Source: Cycas panzhihuaensis
Lineage: Eukaryota; Plantae; Cycadophyta
DNA: 64,000 nt
Direction: 5' to 3'
Assembly (NCBI GenBank): GCA_023213395.1
Contig: CM041465.1
Coordinates: forward strand, 128,037,741-128,101,740
The notes under the pieces were generated by a model, which ran no database searches, had not been told where the DNA came from, and was given only the letters and a program-made list of their open reading frames with translations. Numbering within the stretch: position 1 is the stretch's first letter; each line of letters begins with the position of its first letter. Positions 22,300 through 36,789 of the stretch are shown piece by piece. Made by a program: the position numbers and the translations under genes.

Positions 22300-25150
22300 A
22301 TGTACATGTCCCATGCTAGCTAGTTAGAAATACATCACTTGTCATAAATAATTATGCTTCATTTGGATTCCATAAAGAATCTATGAGTAAGGGGTGTCCA
22401 AATTTTTATAATTTTGCATTTGGCAAAATATTGCCATGATTACTATAATGGTAATCTAATGAGATTCTAATTGCTTGTTTGCTAAGTTGAAGATATGAGT
22501 ATTTACAAAGTGATAATCCAATATCTTGAAGATATGAGTATCTACAAAAAGATAGTTTAATAATTATCTTCCTTTTGGAAGAGATATACCTTGAATTTTA
22601 CTTTTTGTTTTGACTAACTCTAGAGGAGACCCATGTCCATAAATTTCTAGGACATAAAGGTAATGTGCAAGGGTAAGCTTCTCCTAGAGATCTCTATAAT
22701 CTTATTGGATCAACAAGGGCTACATTAACTATGACATGTGTCAAATCACTTTGAAAGGGTGACATGATATGTCTACAACATGCGAGATTAAAGTTAACCC
22801 ACTCTATACCCTCCCATGTTACGATTAGATTTTCAAGAATTTTATGCCCTTTAATGTCCCTCAACATTTTTACTAGTGTCAAGCATTCTCTATTGTAACT
22901 AATGCAATCCTTTTAGCTAATGACTTAAAGAATTTTTATATGATACATTGAGAAAAGTGATAGACCACCATCTTAATGTGGAGTCTTGATTTGATTCTTT
23001 TGGGATGAATATGATGGTATCATTTTAGGATGAATATGAATTGGATGTAATATTGAGCTCTCACATGGTGCTATAAAAATTATGTCCATCTTTAAATCTA
23101 TTAATCTCAAGATGTATTGATTATGAGAATTTTATTGAATATTAGGGGGATGAATCCAATCATAAGCTTTAATATGTATCTAGCCATACATAATATTGCT
23201 CAACACAATTATTAAGGTTCACTACCATCACTTTGTCCCATACTTCTTTAGTGTTTATTCAACCACATTACTTCCTCAATGTAATATCATATTCAAGCAT
23301 ATCAATAAGCTGACTTGGCAACATATGACCTAATTAATTTTTGTTCCTTAAAATGCCATTGTTATCTTGATGTCGATCTATATTGTTAATGATCATCAAC
23401 ATCAAATACTGAGACTAAAACTTTGACTACTTCATAATGTTATTCATTGACTTATACTTGGCTTTGTCAACATGGTTGATTTCATATGCTTGGCATTGAC
23501 ATCACCAATTTTGCCAACATCAACTTCATCGATTTAACATCACATAAAATTTTAAACTTTGTCATCATCAATTTCAACTCAACATTGTCAACTTTATCAA
23601 CTCTAGACATCTTCATCTACTTGTTTGACATTAATATATAATTTATTTACCTCAACATTGGCTCAACTTTTCAATGTTCACTTAATATTGAAAGTTTCAT
23701 CTTTTATTTTATCGATGGCCTTGAATCTCTACCACTATTATTTAAATGGAACCTCATTGATACTTTTATTAACTTTTTAATGTTGGTTTCTATAGTATAC
23801 TATAATATTGTATTCTAAAAAGCCATGACATTGTCCATCTCAAGGTTAATACAAACACTAGTATTTTTAATAAAGGCACCTTTACTATAATTTTATGCTT
23901 CTTTAATAATTGATTAGAAACTAATTTAGGCACTCATAATGATGTATTATGTCTTCCATTTGAACACTAGATACTACTTACCATGCCCCTATTTCACATA
24001 AAGTCATAGATGTACATGTTGCTTATTGCGCAATCTTTGACATATACATGTTAAGGCATTGACATCTTCAAGTTTGATTCTTAAGAAATTATCTGTCCAC
24101 TATACATCATCTTGAACATTCCTCTAATGGTGTTCAAGTATATAAACTATTATTGAAAAAGATTAGTCATGGCAAGAAAGACCTTGATCTTTATTTACAT
24201 AACCTCTTGTAATTATTCTTATATTCTGTTTTTGTAATCATATCTTTATTATACTTAAACCAACATTACTTAATTCTCCTTAACAAATGACAAAGGTATG
24301 CTTGTGGTCTTAATACTATCATCTATTTAACCACAAGGCATTCGAATCAATGGAGATCCTTGTAGTTCTTATATCAATAATGGTGCTAAATGTTAGCAAC
24401 TCTAGGAAAATAATGCTTCAATCAACCTCCAACATGTCATTATAGGAAAGGGACAACATTCATAAGGAGGAAATATATACACAAAAAGACATAAAGATGC
24501 GCAGTAATATTGTCATGTTATTAACAAAGGTGATTACATGGTCAATTAAGCAATGGAGGATGCCAACCTTGAGTCAATGTATCAACCTCTAATGGTAAAT
24601 CCTCATAATACACATCTACACTCTAATGCCTCTCTCACATAACATATTTATACATCACATTAGGTAGTTTATCAACCCAAATAATTCTCACACTAATTCT
24701 CCCTTTTACATTAGTCAACCCATTTGTTAATACAAATATCAATGACCACTTTATTAATGTATTGTTAATGATCCTTTAATCAACTAACACAATCTCTAAT
24801 TATTCTTCTTATAAAAATCTCTTTTTCAATTAGCAAGATGTTAATTTTAAAGGGAGAGAGATTTAATAAACAATTTTAATACAAATAAGATAAATAGATG
24901 ATATGAATGGGTTATGCCCCTAATGACTACTATAATCCTTCTATTTATTAATATAATATACAAATGTATGAAGAAGGTATAAATCTTATACGATCTTATT
25001 AATCTCTTGACTTAGTCTTTCATATTATTTGACTCCACTAATTAGTATCCAAAATGAAACATAGCCCACTTATCATACGATAATCTAGTGAATATTTTTA
25101 AGTTGGGGCAAGCTATTGCTTATTATCATTTTCACTACAAATCACTAAAT
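22300..25150. repeat. Highly decayed retroelement debris (unclassified)
   Basis: AT-rich and CpG-poor, with short faint ORF1-like and pol-like fragments and a degenerate aacat/gacat-rich stretch at ~23350-23690. No confident classification. Confidence 0.35.
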
Positions 25151-25159
25151 TTATCCTCC

Positions 25160-25955
25160 ATTTTGATCTAGATTGAAATCAAAATAAGATATACAAAAAG
25201 AAGGAATACAAGAAAATTCTAATGACCAAAATTCAAGAACTAGTGATTAGGAGGCCAACAATGAATGATCAGAGTTCAAGCAACCATCGATGGGCAAAGG
25301 GTAACTAATAAACCACAATTAAAAAGTCAACAACAAGCAATCAATGACTAAATAAACTAGTTTAAGTGTTGCATATTATGACTAAAATTATAACAAATAA
25401 TGGATTAATAAATTGTTCCTTAAATCAATTACTATAACATCAAATAAAAGGGAATAGAACAAGAGAGTGATATTATGTAAAGTAGAAAGAAAAAGAGACT
25501 CTTAAGGAAGGAAATGGACTAGAGAGGAAAGATCCTTACTAGAAAAGAGTAGGGAAGGATGTTGGCTTTAAATTTATCCACTTCAGTGTTATGTTGTAAG
25601 ACATGAAGATGCTCAATAATTCACACATATAACTAACATAATTTCATGTATTAATATAAGTATTAACTTTAGTTGTCAAATTAAATGCTTACACAAAATC
25701 CACATTAACCATATTTGTATTGAATTAAACCACCACTACTCAATTCATATTCTTTTGTAATGTGAATAGAATTATTAATAATTGACACCCTTAGCCTAAG
25801 AGAGGCATTACTTAATCTTAATTTATCATCAAGGAATTGAATAACTTATTACCTTTGATATATTCTTGATATTCAAATTCCCAAAGGGATCCATACAAGA
25901 TATTGTTAGTGACTAGGCTTCGACCACCACTTGCTCATATCATAATTTTGATATT
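25160..25955 (+). repeat. Solo LTR related to the gypsy LTR at 6210-7017 / 29421-30238 (opposite orientation)
   Basis: The reverse complement aligns by eye with 6210-7020 (caaaattatga...aagcctagt.a.taa...gggtg.caatt..taataatt...atgaaattat.tt), and is more diverged than the A/B paralogues. Confidence 0.6.
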
Positions 25956-26668
25956 AAGTATATTCAAATATTAGAGAAAATTTTAAAGGTATGTTTAGGT
26001 GGTCTAAACTTAAGCAAGATATATTAAAGATGGACATATGCCATTAAACCTACCTTTTCCAAATGGAAGACTCCAAAGGACTCTAAGGGAAATAAAGGGG
26101 ATATAAACTTACAAATTATGCTAGAAAATATATCTATATTTGCTCAATAAATTATATAAGAAACAAAATCTAACTCTTATGTTCAAATTACCCTTACATA
26201 GTTATGTGGCCTTTCAACTCTATAATTAGTGCTCTAAAAGTAGTATAAGTAGTCATGTAGGATCTAAATACACATTATCTTTCTCATATAATTCTAACTC
26301 TCTTTGTTATATCATTAGCTCTACTAGAACTACTACAAATGCTTAAACAATATTTAGCAAAAAACATAGCTACAGAGGGTACCTATCTCACAAGTTAGCA
26401 TCTGTAGTTATACAATAATATTTTTGTCTTAACTTGACGAGCATAAATATTCTATCGGATTCTCATAAGATGAAATCTCTTCTTTCTTTATTAATAAAAA
26501 TGAATATATTTATACATGGATTTTAATAACTTTCACAACCACATAATAGCTAACATGCTTAATGGTATTAGGTAATTAACTTAACTACTCATCTTGGTAG
26601 TTAAGTCATTATTCACATGAATGATTATATAGACTTTCCATAACCATGACTACACTTTAAAAACTCTA

Positions 26669-26880
26669 AAGGGAAAGTTCCCTTTACAAAGTTTGAAGTG
26701 AACTTTCCTTTACAAAATATTAAGTGAAGGTTTCCTCTACAAAACTTTAAGGGAACTTCCCTTTAAAACTTTTGAAGGGAATTCTCCCTTCATAAAGTTT
26801 GATGGAACCTCCATTTTAAAAATATTAAGGGAAGTTCTCTTAAATTGAATGAAGGTAACTCCCTTAAAATTGAAGGAAAG
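26669..26880. repeat. Tandem array of ~8 palindromic 26/27-bp units, core AAGGGAA-N1-2-TTCCCTT
   Basis: Units start at 26669, 26696, 26722, 26749, 26775, 26802, 26827 and 26852. Confidence 0.85.
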
Positions 26881-27221
26881 TAATTTAACATTTATATAAA
26901 ATGTCTTTTAAAGATATATATTCTATAAATATATTTTTAGCATGAAGACTTAGGATTTACATGAGAGTACCTCAAATATGATCACCGAACAAGATGTAAT
27001 AATTACAATGATAAATATAGATAAGGGCTAATGTAGGGATTATCAATAATAAAGATACAAGTAAAAAAAGAATTGATCAACATAGTTTTTAACTAGGGAC
27101 TCAGAAGAATTTAGTCTTTATGGTAATTTTCAAGAAGTCTAGTTTATCAATCAAACCATATCTCAAGATATGTATACTGGTGTGGATCAATAAAGGTATA
27201 TAGGAGATAATTATATAACAA

Positions 27222-28094
27222 TGTAGTATGTCTCATGCTTATACCATACATAAGTAAGACTAGGTTGTAATAGCATCATGTGTGTATAGCACTATGTTTG
27301 AGAGTGCACATAGATTAATAGTCAACATAATGATTAATAAGTACATTAGAACTAGGGTTAATGATAGGAGCATTTGATTTAATGGATGCAATTATAATGA
27401 AGAAAAAATATAACCACAGAAGCAATGTGATAATAGAACTCTAAACCATGCAAAGAATAAATAACATAAACAAATGAAGCACTCAACAAAGAACAACAGA
27501 AGATTCATGTCTAAGCCTAAACCTTTTATTAATTTAAGTAATAGCTTAAGAATTACAGAGATGAATGAACCCCAACTCTTCTCCTAGACTCATCCATAAC
27601 TATCTCATCATGTTACATATACTGTTACATAAGAATATATAGATATAACATTACAAAATAATGCCTTGTTGTTTTACAATACAATGGGCATAAACCATGG
27701 GTTGAAAAAGACCCCCATAAGACACCTAAAAAAATTTCTCAGGGGCTCCCGCCACCAAACCTCCACCTGGTGGGCTGCCGGTCCCCCAAACACCCCAGCC
27801 GAGGGCCCTACAATAGGGCTCTAAATCCCATAAAGGTGCTCGGGTGTAACACCTATATCCATGTAACACTTGCAAAGTGTTCAACATATCTAACAAAAGG
27901 GTTATGTACTTTCTTTGCATGAATAATGCCTCCATCTTTGTACAAAGGTTAATTTATTATAAATTACCAAATTCATATTATTCATCAAAGAATAACTCAA
28001 TTACTTAGATTTCCTTTCGTCTCCTTATTGTTTGTTTAGATTTTCATTTCATATCCTTGTGGAACTCTAGGTAGCACATATGAAAACCATTATA
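27222..28094 (+). repeat. Solo LTR of family X with a nested insertion
   Basis: Starts tgtagtatgtctca at 27222 and ends aaccattata at 28094. Collinear with 4725-4978 once 27398-27895 is removed. Confidence 0.7.
27398..27895 (-). repeat. ~500-bp solo LTR (copia-like) inserted into LTR X
   Basis: Absent from the paralogue at ~4780. TG...CA ends (tgaag...ctaaca) and a GC-rich hairpin block at 27741-27821 like that in the 41136/45865 LTRs. No clear TSD. Confidence 0.6.
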
Positions 28095-31081
28095 ATTATC
28101 CATTATAACTTTAGTTACCATATATGAATATTATTTATAGACTCCATATTAAGAGAATTACCTCACTCTATGGAAAAGAATTGTTTGATTTTAGAATGAG
28201 AATATCGATATTATAACACATTCTAGAATTTTTCTGTAGGTCAATTTGACTAAAAATCATCCTTTCAAGCTTTAATTAAATGCTTAAGGATACACTTATA
28301 TTCAAATTGCCCACTTCCTTAATTACATTAATGTCTAGATTGCCTATAAGGAAGTGGGAGATTTGATACAAAGTAGTAGCAAGAATCTTATTAACCCATA
28401 ACCAAACTAATGGCACCTTCTTTGGAATGCTTGATCGCAAGCTTATAATTCAACCTAAAGAGCACAAGATACAAGCTAGAGTATTTATGCCCTTACTCAT
28501 CTTTAGCTAATTAGACTAAGGGTTCATCTAGTTAATTTATCTTCAAAGGATGTCTGGTCTCTTAATTCACCCTTAAGTGAAAAAAAATAAAGATGGAATA
28601 TAGTCAAATCAATAATGTAAAATAAGTTCCTAAACTCGACATTATAAAGGTTTTTTAAGGAAAGGAGAATAGCCTAATAAAATATGCCAAGGTTATGGAA
28701 CCATTATTTAGGAAAGGAAGAATTTCTATTATATCAGTAGGGTGGGTATTTAAAGAAACTTTCTCTCATATTTAAAATTAATAGATGATTGTATTATAGT
28801 ACTCTAATCTTAAATCCACCCTCTTACTTCTTAGAACCATTATGGTGGGAAGTATTTCTTTTATATAAATGCTCTTGAAAATGTAAAGAATTTATCCAAT
28901 GTTTAGAGAAATGATTTTTTCTTATTACACTAATTTAAATCCTTCTTAGTTATAAGTGATGATCTATCCATTACTAAATTATGATGCCATTATTAGATAG
29001 AGAATTTACTAGGCAATTTAAGGATTTATATACAAAGTGTTTCTATCCATTCTTTTATTATATGAGCTTAACTTTTAATATTTTTACTTTAAGAACATTA
29101 TTAAATTTTTATGGGAGATAGATACCTTTAAAGTATATATAAGAATGGACATGGAGGGTTAGTTCTTCTCTTACAACTTTTCCAAAAGGAGGATTTCTTA
29201 AACATAATTGATGATTCTCATAATTGCTTCACTTAGGCCATCTTTAAATGCTATGTCTAATAACTTAATATGTTCCATATTTGTCCACTAACATGGCTTA
29301 AGAGAGATTAACATTATGAGATTAGATAACTAATGAGATCACTTGAGTTGATTAGGTTATAGGGGGGACTTTAATATAATAGAAATATTATGATCTAAAA
29401 GGATGTGTCTAATAACTCAAATACCAAAATTATGATCTTAACAAATAGAGGTTTAAAACCTAGTCATTAGTAGCATCCCACATCATCCCCTTCCAAGTAA
29501 CAACATAAAAAATACATCAAAGATGAAAAGTTAATCAAGCCCTTAATATGAAACCAAGAGAAAACAATACTTATCACATACTTAGGTGTAAATTATTAAT
29601 AATTTAAATCAAATTATATAAAAACTTGAAGTAAGCTATAATGGTATAACCTAACATAAATCTATCAAATTTGGAAGTTATGCGAGTAAGTGGTTTAATA
29701 AATAAAATAAACGCTTCTATCAATATGTGAAATTATATTGGACATAGGTGTGGGTTATAAAGAATTATTATATTTCATATCATAGGGATAAATTAGACAA
29801 ATCTAAAGCTAATATATTTCCCTCATATTTTGAGCTTAAGATCATTCCTATTTTTCTCTACAATCATTTCCCCCTTCTTCTTAAGAAAATAATCCTCTCT
29901 TATTCTTCTCCACTTTATTTGATATTCTAGTAATTAATCAAACTAACAATTTCTTAATTTATTACATATTGTAGTTTTAGTTACAAGGTGTGAATATTCA
30001 ACAAGCTTATTTGTTTATTGGTTGTGGGTTGATTGCTTTAAGTAATTTGTTACTAGGTACTTGTTATTATCATTCTAATTATGGTCATCAATTTCCCTTT
30101 TTCCTATCACTAGTCACCATACTTATATTCATTAGGCACCCTATTGGCCTGAAAATAATTAGTCTTTAAGCTCTAATTGCTAGTATTTTCTTATCATCTT
30201 CCATCACTTATATCTTCTTCTACTTTTATTCTAAAGTAGGTCTTTCTTCTATAAGAATAATGATCCTAATTATTCTAATATGTATTTTTGGATACTCATT
30301 TCATAATAATAGTTCCTTTTCTTTTATAATATCAACCAAGTTAGGGTAATTGGTCTTTCATACTAAACATAAAGAGTGCTAGCTTTCTTTATCATGCCAT
30401 CCTTTCATTTCTCTAAAGGAGATTGTCTACCTTTAGAATTAATGTATCTTTTGGAATGAGTCCTTATAGTAGAGGTAAGACTCCTTCATCTTTTTCTTTA
30501 TTCAACATTAAGGGTTTGTATGATTTAAAGCTATTTACATTGAAACCTAGATATATCCCTATATAGGGTGGAAAATCAATATTAAAGAAATTTCCCTTTA
30601 CTTTCTTTATTATTTTAAAAGGTCCACATAGGATATCTCTTTATGTGCTTCCTAGTGAAATTCTCCTTTGGCAAATAAATCCAAACTTGATTACCCACTT
30701 GAAAGTCAAGTTCCTTCTTATGTAAATCATTCTTATGATTATATTTCTATTAATTATTGAGTATTATGTCATGCATCTAGAATTGAACTTACTTAATGTA
30801 CTCTGAATAACATTGTCCATGCTATTGAGTCTATCCAACAGATTTGATCAAGTTTATAGATATTGCTAATTACATTATAGAGTTGGGTTAAAAACCTAGA
30901 TAAATTTTAAAAGATCATTTCTATGTCCAATTATAAACTATTGAATTATATCTTTATTGGATATGAAAAACATATATATCTCATGTTTTTAGTTTATTAT
31001 TATTATATATCTCGATTAGATATACCAACATCTTATTTACTAGTCTTATTTTATTTGGAATGAGTCTCATCTTTTTAATCT

Positions 31082-33100
31082 AAAGCAATACCTAGATCTT
31101 ATAAAAAAATAAAATAAATAGAAAATAATAATGGATAAATTAAAGAAAAATAACACCAAATACTAGGATCATAATGACACCCTTAAGGTAACTTAACTTG
31201 GATTAAGACCATAACATTGTTGTAACAATATGTCAATATAATATATTGAGTATGTATTTATAATACATAACTTCATTATATATGGACCTGTCATAAACTA
31301 TCTACATCATAATAAAATTAATTACACAAATACACATTATAACATTACCTCATAAAGTGTGAACTAAGATATTCCAACACTCCCCCATAATGCACATTTA
31401 GGACATATATGTTTCTTTGAATTTGTAATTCTTGATCTTCGTAAATGTCTTAAAAATAATATCTAAATCTTGGTTTTCAATTTCATATTCAACTTGGTTT
31501 TGTTGAATTAACTCTAGAATGTAGTAACGATGTTTGATCTTGATATGCTTCATTTTTCATTATAAAATTGAGTTCTTCATCATATGTATAATATTTTGAT
31601 TATCATATTAAGTCTTTATAAGTTCATTCTAATTTTGATGTAGATCTTATAATATCTCTTTGAGATAAACTATTTCATGAACTTTTGCTTTATCTTTTTT
31701 GTATTTTAATTTATGTTCATCATTTAGAGTCACTTGAGATCTTATCATTCTCTTATCAAAATTTAGATCAAGAATATCTGTAAGAGTAGGCTCAATAATA
31801 ATCTATTTATCTTCATCAACTTAGAAATCTTTCTCATTATTTGAATAATCAGAATAATATTTTAAAACTTGTATACTCAAATTTGAATTAATATTTTAAA
31901 TAAAAACTTCACTTGAATTGGAATCATCAGTAACATTAATAGGTATAAGAAAATTTGATTTATATTCAACTTTAAATACAGTCTCCTTTTAAGTAATAAG
32001 AATATTTATAGAAATAAATAAAGAAACTTTAACATCTTGAATTACTTAATCATAGTCATCAATAGATTCTTTACATGGAATAACAACAATAGGTTCATCA
32101 CACTCAACATACTTAGTAGTAGTAGTCTCATCAATTGTAACAATATATTCAATCGTAGTCTCTTCACAATCAATAATAAATTTATCAATGATGTTTTCAA
32201 CCATGTTCTTCTTTTTTTGACATACCTTTTCTTCTTATATTTCTAGTTTCTAGTATACCTTTTCTTTAGGGACTTTTACATTTTCTTTAGAAATAATTAT
32301 AGTATTACCTTAAGGCTTTGGTCTTCTAAAATAAATAAATAGGATAAGAGGTTCATTAAACTTTTTTAGACTTATTTTTATCTTCAATAGTCACAGGATT
32401 TTCTTTGAGTGGTTTGACATTTGGAGCATAAATAGATGTCAACATATCCCATGCTTCCTTTGAAGTAGTAACGTGATATGTATGAGTGTATATATTCCTT
32501 TCCAAAGTAGAAAATGCATTTGAGTGATTCAACATCCTTCTCTAGAAGTTATATCAATTCTTATTCTTGATTGAATTTTAATTCACTTTTAGGATAAATT
32601 GGTTTTGGACTTATATCTTTTAGTAACTGTATCTCATAATTGTTTAACTTCCAAAATAGGTTTTATTCTTTTTAACCATGTAAAGTAATTTCTCCCATTA
32701 AAGTTAGGAGCCACAAGAAACAAACGAGAAATTTCCATTTTACTAATAGAAATCAATTATAATAGGTTCAAAAATTCATCTGTATACAACTATAAATAAG
32801 CATATCAATTCATTATACTTAATATATTATCCTATATAAATTCTATTTCTCAAAATTTTTTTATGGTTGTAAAATAATACATCAAATTTTAAGTAAATTT
32901 TCTCTATAAAAGCAAAATCAAAATATATTAAATCATATACTAAAATGTTCATCTTTGAGTCAAGATTCCAATGGTTTAGGTAATTTAAAAAATGGACTCT
33001 TAAAACTCAAGATATTAAAGAATATTAAAAAAATAAACTCTTAGAAATCAAGATACAAATTCGATAAACATTAATTTAAAAAAATAATCAAACACTTCAA
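31082..33100 (-). mobile_element. Ancient copia remnant (paralogue of 14203-15850)
   Basis: ccaaca|ctccccc at 31374-31386, KHIKIKH RNase H motif at ~31530-31552, collinear with copy A up to ~32683. Confidence 0.7.
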
Positions 33101-33854
33101 AATCTAATCTAAATCAATTTTCTCCTCAGGCAAATGATGATGGTTATAATGTGTAGAACTTTGGAAACTAAGCAATGATATATAGCTAATGCAAAGTAGA
33201 AAATAAATTGGCCAACTAGATGGCAAGCTCCTTGGTGAATAACTGGCTCATGATTATAATATAATCTTGGTGAAAAAAATCATAATAAATAGTGACTAAT
33301 CCTCAATGCAAATAAGCTGAGTGACTAAAATCTCTTCACAATGATCTTAATATAACAACTATAGGTCACCAACATAGAAGGTCAAATAGAGAGCATAATG
33401 GATTGATGACATATGGTAGTTACTAATAGATATAGAAGCATGTATGAAATTGATATATATTTATATAATATTCATGTGAAAAACACTAGGGGGGAAAAAG
33501 GAAAAGAAAAAAGATAAATCAATGTGAATAAATAATAGATAGAGCATATCATAAAGACCTGTAACTAAAGTGGCTATTTATATATATAACGATCTAGACA
33601 TGACAAATGTAAGATGCATAATCAAGCTAGATAAATGCTTAGTCAAATGTGTTGTGATAAACATAGAAAAGATAGGCAATGAAATGTAGTGTTAGGTGTA
33701 TAATAAGTAGTAGATGCATATCTAATATGTGAGAGATAAAATTATATCTATTGTTCATAGATTTTAGGTACAAAGCCCAAAATTTAAGGAAACAATTTAC
33801 CTCTTAGTAATGAAACTCAAGCAATAGAGAGAAAATATTATCAATACCATATTT

Positions 33855-33872
33855 TATATATATATATATATA
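33855..33872. repeat. (TA)9 microsatellite
   Basis: Direct reading of the sequence. Confidence 0.9.
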
Positions 33873-36789
33873 ATATTGTTAATATTTTATGTGAATATAA
33901 CATACTGTGAAATAAATCTAGGATATTTTAATTTTATAATTTTGTAAATAAATAATAAAATGATCACCAAAATATTTAGTACTTTAGTGACTATATTGAG
34001 TTATATAAGAGTGATAAAGGTATGAATAACCCTGCACTAACATAACATTACTGGTGTGATCTTAAGTAATCTAGACAAGTATAGAAAGACCATGATTTTC
34101 TCTTTCTTTTTTTTCCAATACATATGAATAAATATTATCATAAAAGTAGAAACCGTAATCTAAGACATACATTATAAAGAACAATGTAATGGATATGAGA
34201 GTATAAAGGTATTAGTTGATAAGGAAAATAATATAATAATATAGTCTCTCCATGTCTTAATAAAAGTTAACCTAGGATATGATATTTAAGAATGATGGTT
34301 TTAGTATCTCACTCCATCTAGTTATAACATCTCTTGTTATACTACAGTCTAATAAATAATAATGTGAAGCTAATGAACTAGCCACCACTAAATCCATTAG
34401 CCAATATTATATATATGTAAGATTATATAAGTCTATAGTTCAAAGAATGATAACATGGGACTTATGGAATTGATAAATAAGTTGATAATATATGAGAGAG
34501 TTTTTTTAAATCTTTTATTCCTAATCAATTTTTATAATATTCTCTTTTTTCATGTTATATAGTTCTATGATTTAGTAAATGATTGTGTAAGGCTTAAAGA
34601 AAACTAAACTTCTACTAAATCTATATATTTTAAGACACCCCTACTTCACTTGTATATAGGTTTCAACTTGAGATTTGGATTTGTATAATACTTAATAGGT
34701 GCTTATTAGTCTTCTTGTAACACCATCTTGCAAGAGGAAGATTAAGAGGGAGGGAGCATATGTGCTTCATCATTGAGGACTTACTAGTAATCATAGGCAT
34801 ATAATAACTAATAAAATGAGATAAGAGCCATTATGCCTAACTTGTTTGTTTATTTTTTCCAAAGAAAAATAAAATAGACTATAAATGTTTTAAGTTAAAG
34901 ATCATTTCCCATTAAAAGTCATACACTGGGACACATAAGAATACATGTCTTTTATAGGAATTTATTTTGTTCTTATTGCTTAAGATAATCCCTCAGCTAT
35001 ATGTATTCCTTTAGATGAATTGAATAGGCCCATTCCCAAATGAACACTTCCATATAAATCCTTGAACTCTTTAAATCTAAAGCAACCTAATCTAATTATT
35101 GATCTTAGCTTAGTTGCTTATAGCCTTAGTAAATTGTTAATGATGATGTTATGAAATACTCTTATTATGTCTTATGATAGTATTAAACTATTAAAGATCC
35201 ATTTCAAGTGTTGACTATTATATAGCTTTTATTAAGCATATAAGAAATGAAGTGTCTTGTGGCCTATATGCATAATTATCTCTTTCCAAAGTAAGTAATT
35301 CCTTTAATGATTCACTACTTGAACAAAAGCATACCTCTCTTTATAATACATTGTAATTTGACATTGGTCTTAGGAAAGTTTCTTATTAATATTCTATTAT
35401 TTGCACTTGCTATATCAAGTCAACTTTTTGTATGACTAATAAAGAATTTTCCTCTACCCTAAATGGTTGTTACATACTTGGTAATGGTATAACTAGTGCA
35501 CTGATAACCTTATTTAATTATTCAAATTCTTTCTATTATTTAATTCTTAGTTATGTATTGTCTTCTCTTTCAAAATAATATTTGAAGATACTACAATGTC
35601 AGAGTATTAAAGGTTGAATTTCCTAACATAATTTACCAAGGCTATTAAGCTTCTTAATTCTATAATATTTCTTGGCATGTGCCATTCCCTAATGGGATGT
35701 ATCTTTATGGGATTCATATACAACCCTTTTTTATCCACCATAAATCATATATATATCATCAAATTCATTATAAAACTATATTTATTTAGGTTGTCTCAAA
35801 GATGGTGCTCTTATAGGAGTGTGAGTATAGCTTCAACATGTCACAAATACTTTAACCAGCATTCATTGAAGACCAGAATATCACCTAGGTAAGTAATTAT
35901 AAAATCTTCTATATATGGTCATAGTACTTCATTCATTAGCCTCATGAATATAGCTAGTGTAGTTGATAGTCTAGATGTCATTATAAGACACTCAAATAAG
36001 CCTTGAATTATCTAAAAGACTATCTTCTATAAGTATCTTCTATTTAGTAATATGGTGGTATTTAAATTTTAGGTAAATTTTGTTGAAGTATATTACCCCT
36101 TAGAGTTTATCTAGAAAATCCTACATATAAGGTAATAGATACCTATTCTTGATTATTATTTTATTTAAAGAATAATATTATACACATTCTCTAAGTGCCA
36201 TCCTTTTTGGTAGCACTTGAATTACCAATAATATGCAAGAAGATGTACTGAGTCTAATATGGCCTTTTCTCATTAGATTTTAGATCTATTTCTTGCTTTC
36301 TATATTCTTCAATATCCATGTTTTATATAATAAAGTGTTTGGTACAGAAACTCTTGGAAGCAACTTGATGTTATGTAAAATAAATATTTTAGGAGATAAC
36401 ACTACATGTTCCTTGAAGAATTTCTATATCTTATCAATGCATTATTCAATTCCCCTTACTACTACTCTATTTTGATGGTAATGATAAAGGATCCTCTTTC
36501 AACCTTCTTATCTTCTCTATTAACTTTATTACTAATAAAACTTTTATTGCATTTACAATGAGTGCTTGGCTCATTTTATAGATATAAGTGAAATTTATGT
36601 AGGTATTTTAAACCATTGATTGAGTATGATTTACCATTTTTAATAAGCCTATACTAGTTCAATCTCCTCTAATAAATGCCATTGCTATCCTAAAGGTATA
36701 GATTTCCACATATAGCTGACAAATATCCAATGGAATCATAATATAATTTATTTCATTAATATATAAGGATGAGATGGTAAACTTAAACG

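Larger units (their letters stand above)
26950..29400 (+). mobile_element. Ancient decayed LINE remnant (paralogue of 4979-6200), interrupted by a solo LTR
   Basis: SRIFL*VNLTKNHPFKL..GYTYIQIAHFLNYINV*IAYKEVGDL (eroded ORF1 knuckle) at ~28220-28370, and ggggactttaatataatag (GDFNII) at ~29364-29382. Confidence 0.5.
29421..36780 (-). mobile_element. Decayed chromoviral Ty3/gypsy (LTR ~29421-30238; INT ~30290-31080; RT/RNase H ~34870-36450) with nested remnants
   Basis: Minus translation KDGT*RMCI..LNKIIIKNRYLLP..DFLDKL*G..YFNKI; GLFECLIM..L...AIFMRLMNEVL*PYIEDFIITYLGDILVF (eroded YLDD); INT motifs as in copy A. Confidence 0.8.

Noticed and set aside
26669-26880. CRISPR-like array of palindromic repeats
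   Set aside because: Inter-dyad segments are short (~10 bp) and similar to each other rather than unique spacers; there are no cas genes and the context is eukaryotic.
33100-34850. A distinct element nested in the gypsy of block B
   Set aside because: Only faint copia-like and LTR-like scraps; I could not define ends or continuous motifs well enough to call it.
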